Notes: a model not told the origin generated them from the sequence alone. DNA of 64,000 bases from Patellaria atrata CBS 101060 (GCA_010093705.1 MU006096.1:642004-706003); one strand, 5' to 3'; shown: positions 47,766 through 60,653, counted from the stretch's first letter. A program made the numbers and translations.

Positions 47766-49353
47766 AAGTTATTTCGGTACCTGTTTAAGGAATCTGTTTT
47801 GTTTTCTACTCTTGGGGGTAGTGACTAGGAGAGGTGATAATGAGACTTATGAATAGAAAGTACTGCGAGAGAGTATCCGTATCAGCTTATCATCTCCCGC
47901 ATTGCGGTTAGACAATCCTCGGCTTTGTATTTTTACCAAACAAAAGCTGTAATACCGCTACTGTGCAGTATTAACCAATTTCGAGTGCATGTACAACCAA
48001 GCCGTTCGGAGCACCAAAAGTATTTGTACCTTGACCGGTATCTATACTGTACAATAGAGTTAAGGACACCTTAGGGGAGCGGATGAATAGCACCTAAATT
48101 AACACTGGTATTATTTCAATACCACTGGTAATTCCGTGGATTTTGTTCTTCGCCGTACAGTAGTGTTAAAAAGTTCAACGAAATAGCTTACAGTAGGTGA
48201 CGGATGCCGTCACTTGCAAGGGACCATGTTTAACATATTAAGCAGCCATTCAGTCAGTTGACAGTCCTATCGAATGGTACCTGGAAATTGAGGCTATTCC
48301 AGCCCTATTGCGATGTGAGCTGGAGTTTAACCTGGTCGAAAGAAAAGGTTCTCCACGATATGCAAGAAAAGAACCCCTTAGACTACATAGGTGTTGTTGC
48401 CTCTCGTTAGCTAAGTATGTAATCGACACTCACTAATTTAGTCATCCTATTCTGGGGATGTATCTGCCTGGATCACTCGTCCTAGTATCATGTATAGAAA
48501 GCACACCGACTTGCCACTTTGCCAAAGTAATCCCAACAATCAAGCGGTATAGTATGCGTTCTCATCCGGCACCTAGGAGCGGGATAGGGCCACTATCCAT
48601 TATTTCGAGAAAGTACTCAAAGGAGTCAGGGTATCTCTTGAACCACGGTCCAACCTTCCTTAGCTTTCTTGCCTTAAACTGACGAATTCCTTTTCAAATA
48701 AAAAATGACCGAAGCGGAGAATTGACTGGAATTGGCAAGCAAACTGTTGAAGGTGGGAAAGACTTGTTTGCAACTTACGAACCTGAATGCCTCTCCTTAG
48801 CTCGGCATTAACGATACATACCCAGCATTTAATGGAGAGAAGAAGGTAACATTCCTTAGAGACTTGTTACGACGTCAGTTGGGATGAAATTCTTCAAGTG
48901 GAGGAGGTCGAGGGGATGATTCGGAAATCAGCATAAGGATTTGATATCCGGCAAAAGCTGCCCACTCCACTAGCGTAACACTGCGCCCCTTATTGTGGCT
49001 TAGTTACACACCAACCGCCCGCTTTCCCTTTCCCTCCATCGGATACAGTAAACTCAGCAATTGCTCAATTTATCTGCTGTGCCCACATTGCCTTCAAATT
49101 CCTGCAGCAGATTGCTCTTTTCTTCCTTCCGTACTACCCTCCAAACGTCTTCAATACTTCCATCCGAAGGTACTTATTAGAATTGGTGCTTAAGCACCCC
49201 GCCGACCGAATTTCTGGGTGATCGCCACGCCGATCTCTGAATCACCTCACTCTCAGGCACAAACGGAAAAGCAGACCACGCGAGCAAACCCCAACTGCCA
49301 CCCACCTTCCATTCTCCATCAACCTTTACATCAAACTCTATAAATTTGCAACA

Positions 49354-50238
49354 ATGCACCCGAATCAGCGCGTCCGCCTCTTTGCGCTCCTCATGATCAT
49401 CATCGTCATAACACTCATCTACACCACCTCCTCCGCCCGCCGCACGCGCTCCTCGGATTTCTACGTCAAGACGTCACAAGCGCTGCAAGAGCAGGCCGCA
49501 CGCGCGGCCGACGCCAAAGCCGCCGAAGCCTTCTCGGACGATCAGGTCAAGGCGCGCCTCAGGGAGGCCGAAGAAGCGGCCAAACGGTCTGCGGAGAAGA
49601 AGGGCGCGCGTGTGCAGGAGATCATTTCGGATGAGGCACGCAGAGAGACTGGGAACGAGCGGGAGGTTGTCGGTGGTGCTGCTGGCGATGGTGATGGCAA
49701 GAGTGTCGCAGGCAGGGTGTACCTGAAGCCAGGTGAGAAAGAGACCGTAGATGGGGTCGCGAGGGTAGGAAATACGGGTGATGGGGTTCAAGATGGCCCA
49801 CAACCGGAGACACAGGAGACGCTTAGAGAGCATGAGGTCGAGCAGGAGTTAAATTCTATCCTGAAGAAGAGTCCAAGTGAGTTCATTGATGAGGTTGTCG
49901 TGGGAGGGGTTGAGCGGGGCTAATGAGGAACAGTCATCATATTCTCGAAGACGTACTGCCCGTACTCCAAGAAAGCGAAGCGTATATTCCACCAGTACAA
50001 GATCACTCCAGCGCCGTACATCGTCGAAATCGACGAACATCCCTTGGGTCCCGAATTACAAGCCGCACTTGCCAAGAGCACGGGACGACGAACTGTACCG
50101 AACATCCTAATCAACGGCAAGAGCATAGGTGGCGGTGACGATATCGAGGCTCTGCATGAAAGTGGCAAACTAGTTAATACGGTCAAGAGCATGGGCGGAA
50201 AGCGTATCACCGAAGCCGCCCTAATAGAAGCCTCATAA
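49354..50238 (+). CDS. Monothiol glutaredoxin with N-terminal membrane anchor (Grx6/Grx7-like)
   Basis: TM helix LFALLMIIIVITLIY; intron 49877-49933; FSKTYCPYSKKAK and TVPNILINGKSIGGGDD. Confidence 0.9.
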
Positions 50239-50581
50239 AAGTAAGGTAACTACAGCACGGCCACAGCACGACATAACATCTCAAAAGGAGCGGAGCCACA
50301 AGTTCTCCCAATAATACACATCGCTCTCCTACTGTTTGCATGTTTTCATCCTTCGGGGCGTCAATTGGATGGTTACCCTGGGTTACGACCTGGCGTTCAA
50401 AAGAGTTGGAGGCGTTTTTACAAATCAGATACCCTGTAAGATACTCACGACGCCTCGTCTAGTAGATAATGGAGAGTATGCTATGCATCACATCATAGAA
50501 ATGCTTCGGTTCAAGATATAGATAACATCCGCATATTTTACCATTGCTACATTTTCAGTGACATAACCTTATCTTTCTCCC

Positions 50582-50998
50582 ACCCCCTACTTACTACATC
50601 GACACCCCTTCTTAAAACGGGAGGTGACTAACCCAAAGGCAGTCAAATTGCACATCCACGCCGGCGTAAGCCCCTCTTAAGCGGTCTTAGTATAGCATCC
50701 AGATTTTATCACAGATTTAAACTCTTTAGTATAAATACGGTAGGTTAGATTTGTGCTTAGATACGTCATTAGATAAAGTATTAGATATAGCTCAAACACA
50801 TACTTATATACGGCTTTAAATTAGCTAGTAGTTTATAATAGTATATATAAATTTAGCTATACTTAGCGGTAGAATAAGTATACCGTACCTTTGAGCTGAA
50901 AAAGTAATGTTTGGATTTTAGTGCTATGAGATATAAGTTTTGCACGCCCTCTATAATAAAAAGTTCGACTGCATTTTTAGATGTAGTAAGTAGGGGGT
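50582..50998. mobile_element. MITE-like element or DNA transposon remnant with 19-bp inverted repeats
   Basis: ACCCCCTACTTACTACATC (50582-50600) and its exact reverse complement (50980-50998) flank an AT- and TpA-rich interior. Confidence 0.65.
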
Positions 50999-51242
50999 TG
51001 TCGAAATAACAGGTCCCCCCTTTATTACTTCCCTTCACAATACTACTCCTATATTACTGAGGTGTACACTTACGCCCCCATATGCCCACGGATGATGTAA
51101 TTTCGCTCGGAAGTGCGCTTCGGGTGTTGTGACTTTGTGGTGTTGTTATTCCCTGATGTTGTACCTACAAAGGAGTAACCGTTTAGGCAAATCCCATCAC
51201 CAAACTCATCCCTTATAACCACTTAGACGGTGATCACTTTCA

Positions 51243-51394
51243 ATTCTGGCGGCAATGGCTGAGTGGTAATTTTCCTTTGTCATATTTCCTTTAGTCAAAT
51301 TTCCTATAGTCATCAGTTCGAGCCCCGCCTCCGCCAGAATATAAAGTTAAATGCGTTCGCCGGGTTAACTTTCCCTCTACGGAGGTTTTCTTTT
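51243..51394 (+). ncRNA. Putative Pol III small RNA, copy 2 (A/B boxes, 3x TTTCCTWT(A)GTCA, 3' hairpins, T-run)
   Basis: Perfect 10-bp stem ATTCTGGCGG (51243-51252) / CCGCCAGAAT (51331-51340); A-box TGGCTGAGTGG 51256-51266; repeats at 51271, 51285 and 51300; B-box GTTCGAGCC 51316-51324; hairpins AAAGTTAA/TTAACTTT and CCTC-TACG-GAGG; TTTTCTTTT then longer T runs. Confidence 0.68.
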
Positions 51395-51992
51395 GCACTA
51401 TTTTTTCCCCTCTTTTTTTTTTTTTCTTTAACTGTACAAGGTTCTGTTAGGGGTGTTATTTGACTACGCCATTTGTTTTGTTTTTGTTGTGATCCAACGA
51501 TAGAACTCGATTGCTGGACTCTATGTTCGCGAGAGGGTTAGTGGAATAAAGGAGCCTAAGACTTTACATAACGACGTGGAATTTATAGGCGAAGGATCCT
51601 ACGTGGGTTTGTCCGTAGTGTTTCGAGTAGCTATGGTGTGTATATATTCGTTAGTTTCGAGATTTGTAGGGTAATAAACGTTTTGATAGATGTGAGATCT
51701 GCCTTTCTAGCTCCCTTCAGACGTCTATGTAATAAGAAGGTATGGAAACAGATGCGTGATAGGCGGCCCCCGGCCCGCCGAAATAATGAGTGGTGGATAG
51801 CGTATATGTCACTTACGAATCAAGTAGGTAGAACAGTGAACAGTCAAGCTTGAATTTAAAGAAGTAGGCATATATTAATTGGATAGAGGATATCAAACGG
51901 TAGAGAAGGAAATGTTACCGAATAAATATGTTTGATATTGAATTGATATGAAATACTTGTACGGAATACCTGTACCAATCTTCTATTGAAAA

Positions 51993-52858
51993 CTACTGCG
52001 TCTTTCCGTACGAATTGAATAGTGATGCTCCCGGTAGTTTGCGACCATCGCTCAAGGTACGTTCAGTTTTCCGGACATACGCTAGAAGAAAAGGATAGAT
52101 AACATCGGAGATTGTTGTAGTAGTCCACATGAAAACCGAAAACGGAGACATGAAGTACTCGTGTGCTTCCCTCCAATGATACCATAAGATGCCATACCCG
52201 ACTGGAAGACCAAGGAAAGAACCAATGGCTCGGGTTATCCTAGTTAGTTAGTAGGAACCTAAGTATAGTTCATGTGAATGCAAACGTACCAAATACCATA
52301 ACTCACACCTCCGCTATGCCCTCGAGTAAGCAGTTGAGCCAAGCTACTGGTAGATATGTACAACTGGATGATAGCTGCAGTCCAATACCCCAATTCGGTA
52401 GTATCAGGACCCAAACGCCCATGATAGAACTTTCCTTCTTTCCGACCGACATCATTATCCACCCACCATTTCGAAAACGAACCAACGGCCGCAATAGACA
52501 GAAAAGCCAATACGGCAAAAACGACATGTAGATTTTTGGTGATCAGGGGTGAATGGCTCCACTCATTTTTACCGTATTGAAGAAAGCAGTAGATGAGGGG
52601 AATGTCAAGGAGAAGCCAGATGATGAAAACAATCTTCTCGAGAAGTTCTTCGGCGACGAATAAACCCATCACTATTTCCCAGCCGAAATTTAAGGTCAGA
52701 GCTAGTAGAGGCATACCGTAGGATTTGGTTTTGAAAGCTTGCCGGACATGGAGAATGTAACATATAGTCCAGAGAGGTCCCGCAATTGATAATATCACGC
52801 CTGTCATTGGGATAACATAGGATGGGACATGTGGCGGTGGAACATCGTTGGAGCCCAT
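51993..52858 (-). CDS. PaxB/Pyr4-family integral membrane terpene cyclase-like protein
   Basis: LWTICY..V....KTKSYGMPLLALTLNFGWE, WLLLD, RGHSGGVSYGIW, final SDVIYP. Intron 52289-52240. Confidence 0.85.
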
Positions 52859-53217
52859 TTTTGCGGTTGAAGCTGATTGACGAGGTTTGTATCTGTAGGT
52901 TGAAATAATGTTTTTATAGGCGTCCAGCTGCCAAGGAGGGAGCACTTCCAGATTAGTACTACAATACGGCCGTATAGGACGCCTCATGGAGTGCCTTGAT
53001 TTGTGGTATTTACCTTACCGTAAGATCTCACGCCGCTGTGCTTCCGTCATAAATCTAGGTTTTATCGGCCAATTCTAAAGTACAGATGCCGCCGGATCGG
53101 GTCCTCACGGGATACACGGCAAGGTCTAAAGTATAGTCATCGGTATCCGCTCTTCCCGGGCCGAAAACGCGGAAATGGTTTGGGTATCATGTATATTAGA
53201 TTGTCTGATCAACAATA

Positions 53218-54321
53218 TTATGCGATGTCCTCTCCCAACTTTCCTAAAACTTGCAGAACTTTCAATACATTCCTTACACCTCTAAGGGTGTTCTCGTCGG
53301 GTCCTAGACCCTTTTCGAACCTTGCATGCGCAAAGTCAATGAGCTTCACTATCGCGACTTTTGGTGTGTCATCCTCATCATCCTCTTCTGCCATCTCCTT
53401 CTCTGTATAATCCTCCTCTAATGCTCGCTCCTCTTCCTCTACAGCAGCATCGTAAGCTTCACCATCGCCTTCGTAAGCGAAGAGTAACGAAGCTGAGTAC
53501 ATTCTGCTCTCCTCTTCTTCAAGGACAACCTGGATATCGCTTATGGCAGCAGAAAATCGCTTAATTAAGTCTGCGCTCTTAGCAGGTGTGATCCCAGCGC
53601 CAGGTACACATAGAAATTCTTTGAAAGCCTTCGTTATATTATCCACGGTGAAGGTGCGTCCATACATCTTATTATAGCTCCGATAATTCTTGCTCGTATC
53701 GAGTTCAGTATACTGATAGCCAGGCTTGTCGTCCGATCCTGCAGCTGGAGATGCTCCTTTCCAGACTTTCATTCCCGCAATTCTGAACCCCAGACTTGAA
53801 GACGTCGTCTCCCTGGACACTTTATCTAGCTTTTCCCGCTTGTCTAACGAGGCTTGCTCATCCCACAATTGTGCACCAAGCTTGATGTCCAACACATTTG
53901 GCTTTGTGAAACTGGCTGTTATATCTTCGAGCACAATGCTTATCTCCGTCGAGAGCTTTTTACCCTTCAATGGAGTATCTTCGAAGGTTGACGAGGTTGC
54001 TACTTCAAGCGCAGCTTGAGCGGCGGCCTCAGGATCGGCAGTTACAGCAGACTGCGAAGCGTCATTGAGTGCAAGTGTCCCGTAGAATTGGGGCATATGT
54101 GCCGCGAATCGGGGGTGTGACGCGATGGCGGTGCCGTAAAATTCAATCTCAGCTTGAGTACATGGCTTGATGATAAAGGAGCCCGTATCGTCAGATAGGA
54201 CACCATCACTACTCAGTAGTTAGAAATCATGGTTTCCAGATGAATAGAAATTGCGAACATACTGGCCCGCTGCGGCATTGCCAAAAGCCTGAAGCTTGGA
54301 GGGGTCGAGTTTGGAGGACAT
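53218..54321 (-). CDS. IPK2: Inositol polyphosphate multikinase (Arg82/Ipk2)
   Basis: AAGHDGV across intron 54262-54209, IIKPCTQAEIEFY, PNVLDIKLG, SSSLGFRIAGM, SASLLFAYEGD, KLIDFAH. Confidence 0.93.
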
Positions 54322-55061
54322 AGTTGTATAGCTGATATAAAGTTCAAGAAGGAAAGTGGAAGATTCAAGGGAGACGCAGGTCCAGCTGGAGGGGTCCTAA
54401 ATAGCACCCCCACACCCCGCGATAACTGGGCGTACGCGTCCAGCGTAAGCAAGGCATAACCGGTCTGTGTGGCAGAGTACAGGAAACGAACGGCTACATC
54501 GGCTCGGCTGGAATGCACCATCCGACGGGGATCTCGGAACCTGAAGGACAAGGGTTGACGCAGTTTCAACTACAACCCATCAAACATGTAGAAGATATTG
54601 TTGTTTTGGGCATACAATCCATCTAGAGAATGATAGCAAGGCGTTTGTACAGTATGTGGGCCTCTCAAGGGCGCCTGAGATCATGTTGAAGCTCTAGGTA
54701 GGAATAAACGTTTCATTGTAAAGACATCCTGTTCTCCATAATAAATTGATTCAATGTCGTATTCGAAGTTCCGGTGCCCATCCTCATCATCATCACTATC
54801 ATTATCGGCCCTCTCAATTATCACAAGCTCATGCAAGTTCCCGTATGATGCGTCCCGACTGTCCCTCTTGCAGGATGTGACTTCCTTACGTCTTCACTCG
54901 TTCTACCCTACAAACAAATCCAATCTCTATAATAATTCCGTCTCTCTCTTTCTTTTCAACGACCTATCTCATTCAGTAAAGCCCACCAACTTGACCACTT
55001 CCCCATCTTAATTCGATTAATAGCGTCGACATTCGTGTTTGACCAATTTCTCAATCCAAGC

Positions 55062-57301
55062 ATGGAAAACCAAAAGGAAAATAAAAATCCTAAACCAGAT
55101 CCAATTATCGAGACGATGACTCTTAGAGTCGATAACCTGAGGATTTTTGGGGACAGCAAAATCCCTGACACTCAAACTGAGTCTAGTGCTATCGAGGTAG
55201 CCTTGCTAGCAAAATCACCTTCTACTATTCCGGCCAACCCACTTGACGGCGCAGAGATACCCGACCATCCAAAAGGCGATGAGATTCGCAGACAAGTGCG
55301 TGCTGCTCATACCCTTACCTAAGTGGGAGATAACACCCACTTCGTCAATACTCCCACTCAAGACCAATTGCGATAGACTAACATCATGCCCAGGTCGAAT
55401 ACTACTTCTCCGACGAAAACCTACCCACCGATATGCACTTGCTCGAAAAATGCGGCGGTTGCGAGAACAACCCAGTGCCCATCAAGCACATCTGTGGCTT
55501 CTCCAAGATGCGCAAATATAAGCCTTACCTCCAGGTCGTTGAGGCGCTTCGAAGGAGTGACTTCCTAGAAGTCACGGAGGATAAGAAGGTCAAGCGACGA
55601 GTACCAATATCACGATCCTGTCTGGACCTAGACTGGAAGGAGAAGAACGATGGTATCGACAAGCTAAATTCCAATTCTAAGCCCACGATGCCCAGGCCAG
55701 AACGGCTGCCAGATGCGCCCAAAGTCGTTGATCCTAGGGCAACGAAGCCAGGCATGACAAAAGGAATGCTGAAGCCCACCGGCATGGAAGAATACTTCGC
55801 CGATGCTCCCGTCACACCCGCCGAGTTCGAAGAGGAAAGGGCAATGTACGACCTCGAGAACGACTTCCATGAACGTATCGAGACCGCCATCCAACGCTAT
55901 AAAGCACGCCGCAAGTTCCATCAAGGTCCCAAGCGCGTTTTCGACGCCCTGATGCACTACAGCGGTATCTACTCCGGCCCCAAGCAATTCACAGGCAACC
56001 TCACCCCCGAGGAAATGGAGAGGTACGATGCCGGCGACATCGCCCGCTTGAACGCTACCCACTTCGTCGGAGAGGACAAATACGATGACACAAAATGGAG
56101 CGTCGATTTCGTCGGCGTGGCGCAGGGTTTTCTATCGAGCAATCTCATGACGTTCATCCACTCCCTCCCCTCCCCGGATCCCCGCATCGCGACGCACGTT
56201 CTGCAGAACTTCTACAACTACCTCCTGCACCACAACGTGTGCGTCGAGCACACCGACGCCATCTACAAAGCCCGCGCCGTCTGCAAACAACACGACGCCG
56301 AGTGGCCGCTCGTCGAGGGCGCAGGACACGCCATGCCCGGCGCCTTCTCGGTCGCCTGCTCGACGCTCTTCGGCGGCTACTTCGAGAACGTCTACATCGG
56401 CGGCGAGGACCACTGGAGCGTGGGGTACAACTTCAAGCACGGCAACGTCGGCATGTCGACCGAGGAGGCGCGCATAGTCTTCACCACCGGCATCGCAGCT
56501 TACGGCACCGACACCATGTTTGCCTTGCTCTTCCCCTCTGCTAACATTTCCAATTCGGACCCGAACTCGGCATTCAAGCTCATCGACCCCTTGACCCGCA
56601 TCCGCGTTGGCTGTACCTTGGACCTCGGCCTCGAAGTCATAGGTAAGTCCCCCGCGTCCCCCGAGATCAGAGCCGTGTACGACGGCCAAACACACCTCCT
56701 CCACGGCCGAGATACCAAGCTCAAACCCCTCGGGATCCTGCAAGTGCGCTACTGGAACCCGCCCGGCTTCGAGGAGTGGGATCTCCCCGACTCCGTGCTG
56801 GCCGAGCTCGCGAGCCTCGAGGGCCGCACCTTCGACCTCTGGCTCGAGGACGAAGTATTGGAGATGTGTTTTGTCGGCATGAAGATGGAGGGGAAGTTGA
56901 GGAGTCTTGTTTTTGAACCCGATGACGATAACGGTAACGGTAATGGTAAAGGGGTTAATGAGCATCGTAGTGAAGAAGTCGACGGGTTTGAAGTCCTCGG
57001 ACTAGCCGAGAAGAAAGAAAACGAAATCCTCTATTTCGAAGGCCCATGGCAGACTCACGTCAGCTTTTACAGATACCTCCCAAACGAGCTTGTCCTCAAG
57101 CCTGTCAAAGAGATCAGGTGGTTTTTCAAGGATGGAGAGAAGGTCGTCGAGGGCGGGGATAAGGGCGTTAGTTTGCCGCCTAGTTCCGCGAGTGGGACGG
57201 GGGATGGGGGGAGTGTTAAGGGAGTTGATGGGAGGGGGGTGCAGGCTGAGGAGGTTGAGGAGTACATATTGGGTTCGAAGGGAAGGAAATTGCGTGGTTG
57301 A
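55062..57301 (+). CDS. Argonaute siRNA chaperone Arb1-like protein with an N-terminal La motif
   Basis: Intron 55296-55393 builds the La HTH IRRQVEYYFSDENLPTDMHL. It is followed by Arb1-type PTGMEEYFADAPVTPAEFEEE...ERIETAIQRY and NFYNYLLHHNVC. Confidence 0.85.
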
Positions 57302-58005
57302 TAACTGGTCTGAGGCTGAGGATGATGGTATCGGCAATGATACGGATGTCTATTATATCGATCTCTTATTGGCTGATATTCTCGAGACGATGTTTGTAGC
57401 ATTAGGAATCAAAATCATTGGATATCAAAGCCACTAGAAATGAAAATAGCTATCAAAACCATCACGACTCCCACTGTAACTCCACCTCCTGAGATCCCAC
57501 CCTAGACACAAGTATCAAACTACAATGCGCCGCAGCGTTACCAATGCCCATGCCCATGTCCCTACCCTACTCATACTCCATCCGATCTCGGGCTTGAGCC
57601 TCATTATACCCACTCCGCCTATCCCTGGTTGGTTACTTCATGCTTACCATACTATAAAGTATAAGTGGGTAGGAGACCGATAGGTCTATAGTAAGATGAT
57701 TCATTGACCTAGGTGCCCAAATACAGCCAGGGATCAATCGAGAGCGTTGAAAATTCCCGTATAAAAAAGTTAAAGCGCAGATCCGATTTGAGCGTGACAA
57801 GTCGGTAAGCGGAGTGATAGAACAGCATTACGTTATGACAGTAACGAGTTTGCCATCAGCAACTTGGTTAGGAACAGGCACCGGGATCCAGTATCCCTCG
57901 CATAGCAAAACACCAATCGCGCATGAACTCCATCAGAACCCAAACCCCGCCCAAGCACGCAGAACTAGATATCCAAAACCCTCACACTTCCCAGCTAGCC
58001 CAAAC

Positions 58006-60003
58006 CTAAACGCTAAGACCATGCCACGCGCTCTCCCTCCTATCCCACCACATCTTCACCCTCCCATCCCTCTCACCCGCACTCTCATCTTCCCCGGCCT
58101 TCTTTTTCTCCCTTTCCCTCTCCCTTTCAGCATCCTTATCCGCGCTAACCGTCCTAGCATGTCTCCGATCCTCCTGCTCAGCCGCCAGCCTCACTCTCGC
58201 CAACTCGGCCGCAATTCTCTGCCCATCAGACGCGGGTCTCTGCGCCTTCCCCCCCAAAAGCGCCTTCGAGCCTCCAACAACAGCCGACGCCGTCGCCGAA
58301 CCCGCCGAAACCGTCTCTCTAAACGACGGCCGCATCCTCCGTCCTTTTTCCGCATCGGTAGCGACCGAGTCGCGGTGGTGGACGAGCTCGTTGTGCGCGT
58401 AGGGACGCCAACAGACGAAGCTGCCGAGGAAGGAACCGTCGGAGCTAGGGATGTGACGCCATGGTTTCTCGCGTAGGGAGAAGACGATCGAGTCGACGGT
58501 GCCCATGGACGTGAGGCAGAAGATGGTGAGGACGCTAATGACGTGAGGGGGATGGTTGGCGTAGTAGTCGCTGTATTGCATGCTGTGAAGGATGTATGGG
58601 AAGACCCACCACGCTATGTAGACGAGGGGGTAGATGAAGAGGAGGCGGAGTTGGCGACGGATGGCGCGTCTGCGGGCCCTCATGTTGCGGTCTGCTTCTG
58701 GTTGAGTTTTGGAAGTTTTGTTGGATGTATTTGACGGGGAGTGGTCTGCAGGGGTACCAGTGTTAGGGGGGGCGCCATCGGTAATGAGACATAGGTCTAT
58801 TTCTGGCCTTGAGTATATATTGGAGTCGTAAGTGTCGGAAGGGGAGGTTTGAGCTGAAGGGAAGGTGACTACAGAGGGTCGTCGTTCTGGATTTACGTGA
58901 GAGGCTCCATCAGTGTAAGCGACGTCTGCTGATGCTTGCCTAGAGTGCGCGAGCGCTCCCGAAACTATGGAATGCCGTCGACTGTGGGAAGCGATAGGAG
59001 GCATAATTGGGTCTGTGGGAGCGGTAGCATCCCAGATGTCAGAGTGAGAAGGCTTTCTAGCAGCTGGAGAATTAGTATGGTTACCAGAGTGATTGGTTGC
59101 GCTTTCATCGGGTCGCACTCCTGATACAGTTTCACCGGTGCTGTAATCCATAGACGATCCTTCGAACTGTCTGAATTGAACACATACATGCCAGTAAATA
59201 GCAATTGCAAGAGAGAGAATAGTGACGCAAATAATGTATCGCGGGCCCCAAGATAAGGCAAGTCGGTACCAAATGGGGCGAATAGGGAGAGTGCAGAAAG
59301 GTCCTTGAGAGCGGAATGGGTCGTTCGGGTTGACAAAGGCAAGCCCAGTTATTAACGTAGGGATTATTATGAGACAAGCGTAAACGTAATGCCGGTAGTT
59401 GTAAAGGCCATCAGATGCATTGTGTACCATAGGTGGACGGAACACTTGCAAGGCAGCATGAATCGCTATGAAGAAAGCTGAAAAGTCTGGCAAGATACAT
59501 GAGAATTCCGTAAGGCAGATCACCGTGTGGAACTCTCACCGGCCAACACAGTCCCCCATTGTACCATGTATCCATTTCCTTGACAGAATCCTGTTTCGGT
59601 CTGGACTGGGCCATCAATAAATGCAACCATAGCAAAGACCAAATACCACAGATTTCTGCATAGGTCTCCGGTGACGAGGAACATGATTAATCTGTAATGT
59701 AGTTAAATATTGCACACGTCTAATTTCTACCGTGAACACTTACTTGTGCCTGAAGCGCTTCCTCATGCGTGCGAACCAATAGAAGGTTACTAAGGTAAAT
59801 AGGACACTGATAGAGGACGTTACGGCTGCGAGGACTTGGAGGGTGAAGGTAAATCGATCGGAATAGAGATTCTTTGTGACCGCCGCGTCGTTGAGACTTC
59901 GAGTATGGATTTCATTGAACTGCTCAGTAAGGATATCGGACGATTCTGGAAGGAAATGAGATGTTCTCCGCAGCAGGGTCGGAATTAGAGGATAGGTTTT
60001 CAT
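58006..60003 (-). CDS. Git3/Gpr1-family (carbon-sensing class) G-protein-coupled receptor
   Basis: FYWFARMRKRFRHKLIMFL, FCQGNGY, CTLPIRPIWYRLALSWGPRY, IRRQLRLLFIYPLVY, VDSIVFSLREKPW. Two introns. Confidence 0.92.
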
Positions 60004-60653
60004 GTTTAGTAGGGAGATATAATTTCAAGGGAAATGACAGTGAGCGCTACCAATTCAAATTTGGTTGGCTCAACCATACTCTAAGAAATGTTCGAAGAGA
60101 CGAAGAAGGACATTAGGTGCGATGTAGGCAAAGGGTCAAGATAGTTCCAGAGGGGGACTCGGACTGAAATAGAAATCTGCATACGCGGTTGTCACGGTTG
60201 TTGCGCTAACTTCGAACGAATAGAAATCGAATCGACTTAACATTATTTCAGTTTGGCATCGACTATCTCACAGTTTAACTAGTGTTGTTTCTCTTTTGAC
60301 GCGTTAAACTGGCAAGATGTTTGAGTTGAAAGCGGAAAGCTCAGGATGGACAAAGGGGGGAAACTGCAACCATACACCAAGCATGGAATTGGTGGTACGA
60401 CCTCTACATTCCTTAGGTTAACCTTGTATCTATTCTAGAATTTCGAAATTGAAGCGCTTAATTACTGCCGAAGCAGTTTGGATAGCATTGACTAGAGATT
60501 TTTCAGCATACTGATCGAGATCTGCATGATATGATAAAGAAACATCACTCCGATGCTTGAAGATACTTGCTATAGTATACCTGTCTTGAGATTAGGGATA
60601 AACTCCGATCAAATGCTCCAAGTAGTACGACGATCTACCATCCGGTGGATCTA

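Noticed and set aside
51271..51312. CRISPR-like or telomeric array
   Set aside because: Units are 12-13 nt with 1-2 nt gaps and no spacers, the context is eukaryotic, and the unit is not TTAGGG-like. A loose resemblance to the antisense of SSU AAAGGAAUUGAC is too weak to claim.
51248..51336. Intact tRNA-Leu/Ser gene (GGCGG...TGGCTGAGTGG...GTTCGAGCCCC...CCGCCA)
   Set aside because: No D-stem partner, anticodon arm or 5' T-stem strand. Reported instead as a non-tRNA Pol III candidate.
56132..56965. Long antisense/alternative-frame ORFs over GC-rich genes (also 15419-15907, 19904-20377, 28480-28959, 40868-41460)
   Set aside because: Shadows of GC-biased codon usage on the real strand; no recognisable motifs.
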